Source: a bacterium
Lineage (GTDB): Bacteria > Hinthialibacterota > Hinthialibacteria > Hinthialibacterales > Hinthialibacteraceae
Assembly: GCA_963663405.2 (NCBI GenBank)
Contig: CAXXSM010000110.1
Span: 125,229-189,228 of the forward strand
Reading direction: 5' to 3'
DNA length: 64,000 nt
The position numbers and the translations under genes are program-made. The notes under the pieces are model-generated. The model did not search any database and was not told where the DNA came from. It was given only the letters and a program-made list of their open reading frames with translations. How positions within the stretch are numbered: the first letter of the stretch is position 1; each line of letters starts with the position of its first letter. Positions 10,901 through 19,592 of the stretch are shown piece after piece.

Positions 10901-12967
10901 TTCGCTGTTTGTCGATTCGACCAGAATATGCAATAACTCTTGATAGACCTTACGAGGATCCTCCCCCGAAATAAACAGATCCTGGGCTGCGCGGATTGAA
11001 TTCGATAAATTTCTTTCTTTTTGGAGTGTATCCTCAGTCTGTTTATATTGAGTGATATCATGAGCAAAAATCGCCAATCGGGATACTTGTCCAAGGTCAT
11101 TGGGAATGGGAGCTGAATAACTACTGAAATATATGCCCTTTCGGATATCTTCGAAATGGTGAGGCTTTCCGGAATGAATAACTTCTTCCATGTGTTTACG
11201 CCTGACACTAGCAATTTCCGGCGGTAGAAAATCATAAACACAATGATCAATCAAATCTTCGCTCTGGAGTCCCATGCGATCAGCAAAAACACGATTGCAA
11301 TTTAAAACGACGCCTTGCGTGTCTATCAAAAACGCGGATTCCGGACTGGCGTTGAGCAGAGCGGAGAGTGAATTTTCGCTTTCCCGCAGCGCCTCCTCCG
11401 CTTGCTTGCGTTTGGTGATATCGGTATTTATCCCCACCATTCCAACCGGTTGATTTTTGTCATCCCGTACGAGTTGAACCCGGCAATCAAAAATGATTTC
11501 CTGACCGTCATCCCGGTAATTGACGATTTCACCGCTCCACTCCCCCTGTGCCAATGTTGTTTCAATAATCTCTTTCTGCGTGGCTCCACGTGCTGAATCC
11601 TCTCCATACAATTGAACGTGTTGTCCAATAAGCTCTTCCCGGGTTTTTTCAAACTTCATGCACTGCGCTTGATTGACGTAGGTGATATTGCCTTCTAAAT
11701 CCGTCGCCGTAATTGCGTCTTGTATCTGATCCAACAGCATGGATTGGAAACGAAGTTCTTGTTCCTTCTGCTTCCGTTCAGTGATATCCCGCGCGACACC
11801 AATGATTTCTTTTAACCTTCCATTCTCGTCAAATAGGGGGGTAGTACGGATCTCAGCATTAAATTTTGTTGCGTCTTTTCTTGTACAAATGAGTTCCATG
11901 GAAATGCCTTGATCGCCGAATTTCCCATCAATTCTCTGTTGAATCGATTCTCTGGCTAGCGCCGCGCTCTCGTTGTCGAGTATCAAATCTATCGGTTGTC
12001 CCGTCACCTCGCTTGGCTCAAAGCCGAACATCTTTCTTACGGAATGGCTGGCAAAAATAATCATGCCGTCCGGAGCAATTTTCCATACCGAGTCACTCGT
12101 ATTCTCAACGAGAGTACGATATCGCTCTTCACTCATCCGCAATTCTTCGTCGAGCCGGCTTTTCCCTGTGATATCCCGTACGATTCCCATCACCGATTCG
12201 ACTTTTCCGGATACAACCTTGGGAATCGCATTGACCTCTACATCCATTTCTCTGCCAGTTTTGGTGAGCAGCCGGTTGCGGTAGTTCTGTATTTTTTCTC
12301 CTTGCAAAACTTGATTTAATTTTTCACGAGTCCTTTCCTGATAATCCGGGTGTACAATCTCAAGGAGATGTTTCCCGATATACTCTTTTTTTGTATATCC
12401 CAATTGATCCAGTTCGGATTGGTTGGAATCAATGATATATCCCTGATCGTCAATGATATGTATCATTTCAACCGCATTACCAAACAAAGCGCGGTATGAT
12501 GAATTAAGATCGTTTAATTTGTTGACGGTAGCCAGCTCTCTTTTTCGGCTTCGATAGATAACCTCCGATGTCAAAAGGATCGTGAGAATAAAGATCGTAG
12601 CCGTTTGAGACTGCGTCACAAAAGCGCCCCCTATAATATAAAGCGTTCCAATACAGGTCAGATAAAAGATCACTGAGGCGCTAACATAATAAAATCGGGT
12701 GAAATGATAAGAGAAATATAGAATGGGAGGGATTAGTAAAATTAGACACTCATCCAGTATCGAGAATTTCGTCAATCTCCATAGTAGAATCAATAAACAG
12801 GCAAATGTGATGGAATACAGTAGATAATAGAACAAGACCCAGTTTTCAGAATTTCGAACTTGATTCGTTTCTCGCTTTTTTTCAATGTCCATGGTGATAC
12901 GCTCCCATTCATCGATGCAATTTCCAAGACGCAGAAATCCAAAGCGTTTCATTTTTACCATTAACAC
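4985..12967 (-). CDS. giant membrane-anchored hybrid histidine kinase (TM region, 14 PAS, 2 GAF, HisKA, HATPase, REC)
   Basis: 14 PAS modules ending in DIT/DVT/DTT-x-R/K linkers, two GAF-like segments, H-box AHDFNNIL, N/G boxes (NLCTNA, DTGDGI, GAGLGL), C-terminal REC (DQTMP). The start may be the later ATG at 12892. Confidence 0.95.
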   Translation of the reverse strand: MLMVKMKRFGFLRLGNCIDEWERITMDIEKKRETNQVRNSENWVLFYYLLYSITFACLLILLWRLTKFSILDECLILLIPPILYFSYHFTRFYYVSASVIFYLTCIGTLYIIGGAFVTQSQTATIFILTILLTSEVIYRSRKRELATVNKLNDLNSSYRALFGNAVEMIHIIDDQGYIIDSNQSELDQLGYTKKEYIGKHLLEIVHPDYQERTREKLNQVLQGEKIQNYRNRLLTKTGREMDVEVNAIPKVVSGKVESVMGIVRDITGKSRLDEELRMSEERYRTLVENTSDSVWKIAPDGMIIFASHSVRKMFGFEPSEVTGQPIDLILDNESAALARESIQQRIDGKFGDQGISMELICTRKDATKFNAEIRTTPLFDENGRLKEIIGVARDITERKQKEQELRFQSMLLDQIQDAITATDLEGNITYVNQAQCMKFEKTREELIGQHVQLYGEDSARGATQKEIIETTLAQGEWSGEIVNYRDDGQEIIFDCRVQLVRDDKNQPVGMVGINTDITKRKQAEEALRESENSLSALLNASPESAFLIDTQGVVLNCNRVFADRMGLQSEDLIDHCVYDFLPPEIASVRRKHMEEVIHSGKPHHFEDIRKGIYFSSYSAPIPNDLGQVSRLAIFAHDITQYKQTEDTLQKERNLSNSIRAAQDLFISGEDPRKVYQELLHILVESTNSEYGFLDEVLFDSDGSPYKLSLALSAISWDDDSHRIYKELVERNLEFRNLDNLAGAPVLEGKTIIANEAPQHPRFRGIPPGHPSITSFMGIPLFFAGKIIGVAGVANRPEGYTEEIAEFVRPLTQTCGAMIWAERLANRDREIRNALKASEEKYRQIAETAHEGIWVIDTQQRTTYVNHRMTEMLGYKKEEMLGRQLSSFMLPEDLADHEEQMTLRVNGQDSVYERRFKRKDGSILWANVSATAQHDQQGDFVGSFAMLTDITDRKKIENELRSSEEKFSKAFHNAPILMVISSFKDGRCLDVNDTFVRFTGYSRDQTIGATSTELGLLKSKDREMFFTLLEAEGRVKDLELDFTRADGSTGICLYSAELIEMEGQSYILSLATDITEKKAAERSKHLMEYCIENASVSIFWITPEGRFLHVNKKAAEELGYPLEELIGKNVHDVDPNYPEEARQAHWERQKKEGTLIFETKHQTSSGKTIYREVIGHYINYEEEELEFAFAQDITARKQAEFTLQKSEARLRALWSVASLSESNFKTICDHVLQTIVEMTGSQFGFYGFLNADETVMTIHSWNGAAMEQCTMVDKPVDFPIGEAGVWAEAIRHRKPFILNDYPASHPAKMGLPDGHVPLTNLLVVPYIASGKIISVAGVANCRSNYNQDDVSQVTSFLTSVNSVVNNKRAETALQESEARLKSIYDGAMDGFLLADPKTEKFLDANHAMCQMLGYSHAELLELSVKDIHPEDSVEYVLEQFRKQVNGEIQLAIDMPVKRKDGSVFYADINCSLLTINDIQGAMGIFRDVTQRKQTEEALRKSEALLDATGRMARVGGWEVDIQTLEVQWTNETYRIHEVPMDHIPPLEEAINFFHPGDRDRLSQAIQRSIDHGEPYDMELRFINAKGNELWTRTICQPQIKDGKTVKLIGSFQDITDRKRAEEREKETAAQLRLTMDELREKHNLLEMITTTSPVAITFVDIEGRINFANSEAETLLGLTQDKITKRAYNDPEWRISDPKGEDFPEEQLPFNIVRRTGMPVYEIEHAIEFPGGRRVLLSINAAPLKDLTGSVIGMVAALTDITERRRAEETLLHETRKMKLAADSAGIGVWDLDIVHNRLTWDHWMFQLYGISPENFEDVYEEWQKGVHPEDLERVNEEVEAAVKEGQEFDTEFRIIRPDGDIRYIKANALVIEDEEGNPVRMIGINYDITERKQAEESLRESERQKNIILNSTSEMVAYYNLDLRVIWANRAAGESVGKTKKELVGLHCYEIWGQRSEPCEDCPVLKARDTKTPQQSDTQTPDGRFWHIRGYPVLNEKGAVTALVEFGLDTTERKKAEIALRESERQFHEIVDHMASGVAVYEAIDNGNDFTFKDINIAGCRIGKRTREDHIGKSIHEMYPSVKEMGIFDALQRVWRTGKPETLPLTQYEDDIIQIWVENYLFKLPSGEVIAVFDDITEQKRYEQELHDSESKFRTVADFTFDWEYWISPDGSVTYISPSCERISSYKPEEYINNPALIDKIVHPEDKEIWVNHRCEQEEKKTNYFIEFRIVRRDGNESWLEHVCQPVYDDNGKYIGYRASNRDITDRKQVEKERTELEKQFLQVQKLEALGTLAGGVAHDFNNILAGVMGFTQLAMNTDDREELKDNLQSVLEASKRAKNLVKQILAFSRKSETRKSSLAIAPVIKEAIKLLRSTLPSSIEIQQRIASEAAISADLNQIHQVIMNLCTNAAHAMRETGGILEIELRDYVIREKLQLLLAELKPGEYVRLSIRDTGDGIPEEIQTKIFDPFFTTKDKSEGAGLGLSVVLGIVKNHQGGIEFESTLGEGTAFNIYFPTSKNQEETVREDSSIVQGNQERILFADDEEMLRKMVGRMLETLGYRPVICHNGMEALETFRDSPNTFDLVLTDQTMPVMTGLNLSKEILKIRPAIPIILYTGYDERITPEIALTAGIKEMLYKPLTIEKLSQVLSKLLTKKSGNE

Positions 12968-13260
12968 CGGTTTGACGCCGATTTATGTGATGAATTCACC
13001 ATCAAAGAAACACAGGAATTATAATGTTTCAGTTTATAGAAAACGAAGGTTGAGTTTCAAGTATACAAGGCCTGGATGCGTCTGAGGAAGCGGTTCCCAG
13101 GGAACCTACCTCAAGATTGGATTATAGCACGGTATGGATAGGTCACGGTCAGTTAATCCTCTCGAATGACCACGGTTCCTTTTCTCCGAATGAAATCGTA
13201 GTAGAGTTAATGCAAGACTCATAAGAGATCGGAGGTCGTTCAATCTTCTTTCAGACATTC

Positions 13261-13620
13261 TGCAGCTGTTATGGGCGAATCGGTCCACTGCTAATCGCTT
13301 GACGTTATTGATGTTATATCATATGATCCCTTTTCAATACAGACTCGTATATGGGACCTTGATGGACGTAATTCATGTAGCAATTCCATTGATTCTCAAG
13401 GATCTTATACTCTCAACTCGTTGAGTAGGAAGGAATCTGATCCAAAGATTACGTAATTTCTTTGGACAACATGAGTAAAGGGAAGATGAGATTCGATTTT
13501 TACATGATCGAATTTTCCAGTTGGAAACGGAATTGAAAATTTACAGCGGCCAACGAAAGAGAAAAATCATAAACCACGTGCTTATGACGGTTGAAAAAGC
13601 GTCTTTTAAATCCAGTCCGA
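13261..13620 (+). mobile_element. degenerate left part of the IS481-like element
   Basis: End motif TGCAGCTGTTATGGGCGAATCGGTCCAC, TTGACG-17-TATGAT promoter, and decayed transposase 5' region homologous to 22284-22500 (FLHDRIFQLETELK). Confidence 0.8.
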
Positions 13621-13640
13621 GAACACTTTCTCATTTTTAT

Positions 13641-13908
13641 TTTGCCCAAATTTTGCCCAAATTCCGGGGAACAATAAGTAAACAAGGGTAAAAATGGTGA
13701 TATTCAGAAGAAGGAGAATTGGTCATAATGTTTTGAATTTATTTACTTTAAACTACTTATTGTTACCTATAGTTACTTGCTGGTTACGGACTCCAAATCA
13801 GTAGGTTGGAGATTCGAGTCTTTTCACACCTACCACTGAATTTACTCGACTTCATTATAATCAATCAATTATAGGCAATATGATCCTTGCCTAAAATTTG
13901 CCCAAATT
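13641..13908 (+). other. attP-like site: tRNA-Trp 3' fragment flanked by tandem arm-type repeats
   Basis: TTTGCCCAAAT x2 (13641-13662); tRNA fragment; IHF-like AATCAATCAATTA (13859-13871); TTGCCTAAAATTTGCCCAAATT (13887-13908). Confidence 0.65.
13786..13835 (+). pseudogene. decayed 3' half of tRNA-Trp (CCA)
   Basis: ACGGA-CTCCAAA-TCAGT anticodon arm, TTCGAGTC T-loop, ends in CCA; no D-arm or 5' acceptor strand. Confidence 0.7.
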
Positions 13909-13999
13909 ATTGCTCCCTATTATTACTCCCTATTATTACTCATTTATCATTGGTAAAAAACTATCCAAGTTATCACGAGAGCGTAACAGGGCCAAAATC

Positions 14000-14181
14000 C
14001 CCACCTCTTTTCAATCGTCCAGCGAGCAACAATATAATAGCCTTCAAGATCAATGAAAACGCCACTTGAATTCCATCCATAGTGATCCCATTTACGAGTA
14101 TTTATCAGAATGTGACACTATGACATAACGATAATGTTGTCAAGCATTTAGTGGTGGTCCGATTCGCAGTTGACAGGTACA
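14000..14181 (-). mobile_element. diverged IS481-like left end nested in another copy
   Basis: Minus strand TGTACCTGTCAACTGCGAATCGGACCAC begins where homology of the host copy to 22183-23663 stops (…GGGGAACCATC|TGT). It is followed by TTGACA and a decayed MDGIQVAFSLILK start. The lower coordinate is approximate. Confidence 0.75.
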
Positions 14182-14822
14182 GATGGTTCCCCTGGTGGAT
14201 AAAGTCGTTGCAGGATGTTGCGAACCGTCGAGGCCGCCAAGAAAATGTTAAGAAGGGACAACTGGAGAGAAATCCGAATACGTCCCCAATGCGGATTGGC
14301 TTTGGCAATTTCCCAAACGAGTAGGGCTACTTCGATAGGAGTTTTGTTTGCTGGTTCGTTTTTGTTCCCACTTTGATTTTCGATATTCTTCAGCCATCGA
14401 TTAATCGTTGATCGAGCCACACCGAGTCGTTTCGTCATCTCCCGAGTGGAAATTTGGAAATATTCCTTGTACCAGAGAATCCATAACCGTTCTCGAATTG
14501 AATAGCGTGGTTTATGATTCTTATCTCTTCCTTGTTTGCGCAAAATTTCCAGTTCCGTTTCCAATTGAAAAATGCGATTCCGTAGAAATTGGTTTTCGAC
14601 TGCGGGATTGTTCTCCTCTTCAGCAAGATTTTTCATTTGCGTGAAACGAGTAATTCCCACCCATCGAGTTGACAAGACGAGAGTCTACAAAATTAAAGGA
14701 ATTGCCGCTTGAATTACGTCCATAGTGGTCCCGTTTATGAGTATTTATTGAAATGGAATCATATGTATTAAAATCAATATTGTCAACGGTTTATCTGTGG
14801 ACCGATTCTTGGATCAGCTACA
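14182..14822 (-). mobile_element. 3'-truncated copy of the IS481-like element (transposase N-terminal half only)
   Basis: ORF 14148-14675 is nearly identical to the first ~150 aa of 22371-23474 and lacks the DDE core. Left end TGTAGCTG--ATCCAAGAATCGGTCCAC at 14822. Confidence 0.92.
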
Positions 14823-15004
14823 AACGGATCCATTTTCAAGGTAGGAACATCTAATGGTCCGAAAACTAAGTCTTGAGGATTCAGATATGCTGACAATTTC
14901 GAATCGTACGATGGTTTAGCGGTGTAAATAGGTTTTTTCCAGTATCGTTCTATATACCAATAATGCGATCCGTAGGGTATTTGACGGTTTGGTCCGAAAT
15001 GCAT
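14823..15004 (-). pseudogene. 5' fragment of an unknown gene cut by the IS at 14822
   Basis: ATG 15004 has a GGAGA RBS; the frame runs into the IS end. Confidence 0.35.
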
Positions 15005-15433
15005 TGTTATCTCCGGCTAGTAGTAATACCTATGGCTTTATAAAATTTTCGATTCTCAATTTGCAGTCGAAAATTAAAAAGCGAAACAAGATATTTCCAT
15101 ATCATGTCACACACAACAGATTATAGAAACATACATCAGGATTGTTTATTGAAAAACAATCAATTTACTCGATTTATCCGAGGATCAAAGTTAAAAGAGA
15201 TGGGAATTAGTGTTGAGATTGAAATGATAGGATTTTTTATTCAACCTTAGGAATATCGATAGTGAAGTACTGAAAGTCGTGTTAACAGGTTATAGATCAA
15301 CTGAAAGGATCGGCATTTCTCCGCACGTCTTCAAATTCCTTTGAGTATATTGTTGAATCCAAGGCCCAACCCGCCATGAACAAACTCCAAAATGAAGGCT
15401 ACCCAAAGAAGTTGAAAAAGTGTAAAAAAAGGA

Positions 15434-15463
15434 TTGACAATACTGTGATCGCAGTATTAAAAT
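15434..15463 (+). promoter_or_regulatory. sigma70-type promoter with an overlapping palindromic operator
   Basis: TTGACA (15434-15439), 18 bp, TAAAAT (15458-15463). The palindrome AATACTG-TGATCG-CAGTATT (15439-15458) fills the spacer, directly upstream of the BlaI-family gene. Confidence 0.8.
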
Positions 15464-15483
15464 AACGGTGTAGTAGACCTCAA

Positions 15484-15924
15484 ATGGACCCGACGTTCTG
15501 GGATTGTGTCATGGCTCAAAAGGGATTTGACGATCTTGGGCCTCTTCAGCAGGCCATCATTCAAGCAATATGGGAGCATGACCACGCGACTGTCTACGAG
15601 GTGCTTGACCGCCTAAACGAAAACAGGAAGAAGCCACTAGTCTATACATCGGTTCTGTCCATTATGCAGCGGTTAGAGAAGTTAGGTTGGCTGAAACACC
15701 GGAGGGAAGGCCGCAATTATGTCTATTCAGTTACAAGAGGCCGTGAACAAGAGACCAGGCGATCCCTGAGAGGCTTCATCGACCGTGTTTTCGGTGGCGA
15801 CTCGCGGCTCTTACTGCAGTATTTCATCGAGGACCAGGAGCTGGACGACGAAGATCTTCGAGAGTTAACCAAAATGATCAACGCGAAGCGGAAGAAGAAG
15901 TCTAATGTTTCCCACTCTCCTTGA
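15484..15924 (+). CDS. BlaI/MecI/CopY-family transcriptional repressor
   Basis: LGPLQQAIIQAIWE...ATVYEV...YTSVLSIMQRLEKLGWL...GRNYVY...FIDRVFGG; overlaps the M56 gene. Start may be 15511. Confidence 0.93.
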   Translation: MDPTFWDCVMAQKGFDDLGPLQQAIIQAIWEHDHATVYEVLDRLNENRKKPLVYTSVLSIMQRLEKLGWLKHRREGRNYVYSVTRGREQETRRSLRGFIDRVFGGDSRLLLQYFIEDQELDDEDLRELTKMINAKRKKKSNVSHSP

Positions 15925-18835
15925 TCTGACTTATCTATGGAAGTGCGTTTGGCAAACCACATTGTGCCTTGGGCTCGGGATTGGAGCAAGTTTTCTTTTC
16001 TTGTCCCGGCCCGCCAGAGCTCACCGGGTGTTAATGTTTGCGCTTGTGACCGCGTTCGTGACTCCATTGCTAAGCCAGACCGTTCACCACTACGGCTGGG
16101 GTTTACTGAGGAGCCCAACTATCTGGATTCCATCGGCTTCACAACCCGCCGATGTTGACGTTTCGCTTCAATCCACCGGTTCGGAATTGATGAAACCCAT
16201 ATCCACATATCCAGAATCGAACTCAAAACAAGAATCTGTTCCCAGAATTCCCCAGCGATCCTTGCCATTCTCATGGCTGGGCTATCTGGTTTCAGTATGG
16301 GTTGCGTTGAGCGTTCTTGCGTCAATTCGATTAGTCCGCATCTTTATCCTTGAGAATCAAATCCTTAGAGAAACAAAGCCCTGCGAGAATCCCTCATGGC
16401 GAAAAATTGTCGAACAAGCAACAGCTGAACTGGAACTCAGAACGATTCCCCGGGTGGTTGAATCGGATCGAATTCACTGCCCGGCAATGTGGTGTTGGGG
16501 GCGTCGTCCCGCATTGTTAATACCGAAATTGGCAAATATCAAAAAGCATCCCAGGGAATGGCAGGGAATCATCCTCCATGAACTCGCGCATTGGAAACGC
16601 CGGGACCATATCGCACAGTTGCTGGGAGAATTCTTCATCTGCGTGTTCCCATGGAATGCGGTTGGCTGGTATACACGAAGACGTCTGATTCAATTAAGCG
16701 AACAGGCATGTGATGATTGGGCACTGGCAAAAGGAGGTTCTGCGGACGTTTACGCAGAATCGCTTCTGGCACTTGTACCACATCGGAGACCGGCCCTGAT
16801 CCTTGCGACGGGAACTACACGCCATGGGCTGCAGCAGCGTATCCGCCACATTCTGAGAAGTAAGTGGAACGATCCAACGCCTGGGCGGCTTTGGACCTTC
16901 TCAGCGGTTGTGATCATGATCTGTATTACAACAGCGATTGCCCTTACTCAAACAGTGACAGACTTTCCTCCACTCCGTGGGCTGTCAGAGGAAATAGTGT
17001 TCGGGCTTGGAGAACTAGAGGCTGTTGCGCTCAGCCCCGATGGCCAATACGCTCTAACTGGGAGCAGAGCCGGGGCGTTCATGTGGGATACCACCAGTGG
17101 TGAGATGGTGCGCACATTCTGGCTTGCTGAAGCATGCGAAGGGCTTGATTTTCTGGGCTTTTCACCCGACGGAATACTAGTAATAGCAAAAACCAGAATA
17201 TGGATGCAATCTACAATCACAGTATGGGATGCAGAAACAGGAGAAAAACTCTATACCTTTGACTGGGCCGATGGAATAGATTTCTCTCCGGATGGCACTC
17301 GAATTGTGACTTCAGGCCATTATGGAAATGTGACACTGTGGGATGCTAATACTGGCGAGCAACTTCGAGCCTATAATCTGAGAGATCTAGGTCCTTGGGG
17401 GTGGGGAGCGGTGGCGTTCTCACCGGATGGTACGGAAGTCTTGATCAGAGGTCGAGTGCTCGCGGTGTGGGATCCGTTGAGTGGTATGGTGCTTCGAACA
17501 TATGACCACATAAATGCACAAGGCCGAGTCGCCTATTCTCCCGATGGGGCGCAGATCCTAACCGGACACGAAGGAGGTTTCGTCACGTTGTGGGATGTCG
17601 CCACCGGCGAGAAGATCCGAATCTTTGGGACCGGGTATGAACGTATGGTCATGGTGGCGTTTTCTTCTGATGGTGCAAAGGTTTTTGCTGCTGAAAGAGG
17701 AGGCAGAGCCTCATTGTTCGACACTGCTACAGGGAAAAGGATCCGCAGTTTTGATGGTAAAGGATGGTGCTGGAATGCTGCGTTCTCCTCGAACGGGTTG
17801 TACGTTCTAACTGCAGGGCGAGAGGCAGCAATACTGTATGACGCGGTTACAGGAAAAGAGGTTCGGAAGTTTTTAGGCCATACCTCAGGCGTAACGTCTG
17901 CGGTCTATTCACCCGGTGGAGAAAAAGTCTTATTAGCGAGTGAACCTATATCATTATGGGAAAGTATTTCTGGGCGATTTCTCAAATCGTTTGGGGAAAG
18001 CAGGGCGTGGTCCTTAGCCTTTTCACCTGACGGTTCTGCGTTTGCAGCCGGGTATGATGGGACGGTTACATTGTGGAATACATCCAATGGGCAGGTGCTG
18101 CGAGAGATTACCGTAGGTGGGAGTCGAGACCGTGTCATGGGTTTGGCTTTTTCTCCGGATGGGGAAAAAATTGTTTCGGCTTGTGGCTGGCGCTCTTCTC
18201 AACAGAAAGCAGCCATCCTCTGGGATGCTGTCGATGGCCGGAAAATCCGCGAATTTAACCATCGAAGCCACGTAACGGCTGCGGTGTTTTCAACCGATGG
18301 AAGGAGACTTCTGACCGGTTGTGCAAATGGAACGGCGACACTATGGCATGTCGAGACCGGTGAAGAAATCCAATGCTTCACTGGTCACACGTGGGCAGTC
18401 ATGTGTGTAGCACTTTCGTCTGATGGAACGAAAGCGCTTACAGGTTGTGGCTTAGACGGCAGCTCAATAAAAGATCGAAGCGCCAAACTGTGGGATACCG
18501 CAACCGGCATTGAGATTCGCACCTTCATACATGAAGACGAAAATGGGAATAACTCCGACGTGTACGCAGTGAATTTTTCTACTGATAGCAAGATGGTGGT
18601 AACGGGCAGCAGCTCGGGGACTGTGAAACTGTGGGAGACCACTACCGGTGCGCTTCTTCAAACCTATGCACACGGTGGAGAAGTATGGTCCTCGGTGTTT
18701 TCTCCGGATGGAAAACATGTGCTAACTGGAAGTTGGGACGGGACAGCTCGGATCTGGGATATTTCAGAGATCGTCCCTTCGACACGAGTAAGGGAATTCA
18801 GGCTACATGAGGGAGAAGGCGCTTTCAGGCCTTGA
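15905..18835 (+). CDS. BlaR1/M56-family membrane metallopeptidase fused to 14 WD40 blades
   Basis: N-terminal TM helices, HELAHWKRRD zinc motif, EQACDDWA, LQQRIRHIL, a further TM, then 14 FSPDG...LWD-type repeats. Confidence 0.93.
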   Translation: MFPTLLDLTYLWKCVWQTTLCLGLGIGASFLFLSRPARAHRVLMFALVTAFVTPLLSQTVHHYGWGLLRSPTIWIPSASQPADVDVSLQSTGSELMKPISTYPESNSKQESVPRIPQRSLPFSWLGYLVSVWVALSVLASIRLVRIFILENQILRETKPCENPSWRKIVEQATAELELRTIPRVVESDRIHCPAMWCWGRRPALLIPKLANIKKHPREWQGIILHELAHWKRRDHIAQLLGEFFICVFPWNAVGWYTRRRLIQLSEQACDDWALAKGGSADVYAESLLALVPHRRPALILATGTTRHGLQQRIRHILRSKWNDPTPGRLWTFSAVVIMICITTAIALTQTVTDFPPLRGLSEEIVFGLGELEAVALSPDGQYALTGSRAGAFMWDTTSGEMVRTFWLAEACEGLDFLGFSPDGILVIAKTRIWMQSTITVWDAETGEKLYTFDWADGIDFSPDGTRIVTSGHYGNVTLWDANTGEQLRAYNLRDLGPWGWGAVAFSPDGTEVLIRGRVLAVWDPLSGMVLRTYDHINAQGRVAYSPDGAQILTGHEGGFVTLWDVATGEKIRIFGTGYERMVMVAFSSDGAKVFAAERGGRASLFDTATGKRIRSFDGKGWCWNAAFSSNGLYVLTAGREAAILYDAVTGKEVRKFLGHTSGVTSAVYSPGGEKVLLASEPISLWESISGRFLKSFGESRAWSLAFSPDGSAFAAGYDGTVTLWNTSNGQVLREITVGGSRDRVMGLAFSPDGEKIVSACGWRSSQQKAAILWDAVDGRKIREFNHRSHVTAAVFSTDGRRLLTGCANGTATLWHVETGEEIQCFTGHTWAVMCVALSSDGTKALTGCGLDGSSIKDRSAKLWDTATGIEIRTFIHEDENGNNSDVYAVNFSTDSKMVVTGSSSGTVKLWETTTGALLQTYAHGGEVWSSVFSPDGKHVLTGSWDGTARIWDISEIVPSTRVREFRLHEGEGAFRP

Positions 18836-18847
18836 TATAGGTGGTTC

Positions 18848-19477
18848 ATGAAAATGAAGGCCTTCACGTTGATCGAATTGCTGTGTGTCATAACCATTCT
18901 CGGCTTGCTCGCGGCCATCGCTATTCCGAATTTCCTCCAAGCTCAAACCAGGGCAAAAGTGGCTCGCATGCGCAACGATACAAGAATACTGGGGATGGCC
19001 ATCGAGAGTTATCGTGTGGATCATGGATGGTATCCCTATGGAAGAAACTGTGATCCGATGAACTTTGTTTGCAGTGTTCGAGGAACACCGCAGATCGTAC
19101 AAGAAAACAAACTACCGCATTTGATCAATCCCATTCGATACATTTATTCGATTCCGTTCGATGTGTTCCACGGTTTTCATGTCCCAGTCACAGGAGAGGA
19201 AGTCAGATACTCGATTTCGTATGTGTTTGTGTATCAGCAGGCACTGGAACGCGATCCATGCAACGGGAAGTACAAGACCAGCCCCTCCGTTGACAGGGAT
19301 CTATGGCAGTGGAGTGTGTACAGCATTGGCCCCGATAAAATGGAGAGTCAATTCTTCGATCTCGCAACGTGGAGGGTAATGCCATACGATCCATCTAACG
19401 GGATCCTGAGCAATGGCGATATCCAATGGAGTACTCAACCGCCACTGGTGTGGGATGGTACTGGGCAATCCTCCTAA
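18848..19477 (+). CDS. prepilin-type N-terminal cleavage/methylation (type IV pilin/pseudopilin-like) protein
   Basis: MKMKA|FTLIELLCVITILGLLAAIAIPNF with Glu at +5; AIESYRVD, SIGPD and C-terminal YDPSNG...GDI motifs. Confidence 0.9.
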   Translation: MKMKAFTLIELLCVITILGLLAAIAIPNFLQAQTRAKVARMRNDTRILGMAIESYRVDHGWYPYGRNCDPMNFVCSVRGTPQIVQENKLPHLINPIRYIYSIPFDVFHGFHVPVTGEEVRYSISYVFVYQQALERDPCNGKYKTSPSVDRDLWQWSVYSIGPDKMESQFFDLATWRVMPYDPSNGILSNGDIQWSTQPPLVWDGTGQSS

Positions 19478-19592
19478 ACGTCTCGCAACATAGTTTTATT
19501 AACATGAATTAATGAAAATCTACATGATAAAACCACTTTCTAAACGAACTAACTTTTTGGAATTTTCCTATTTAGAATAAAAGGAGAGAACC

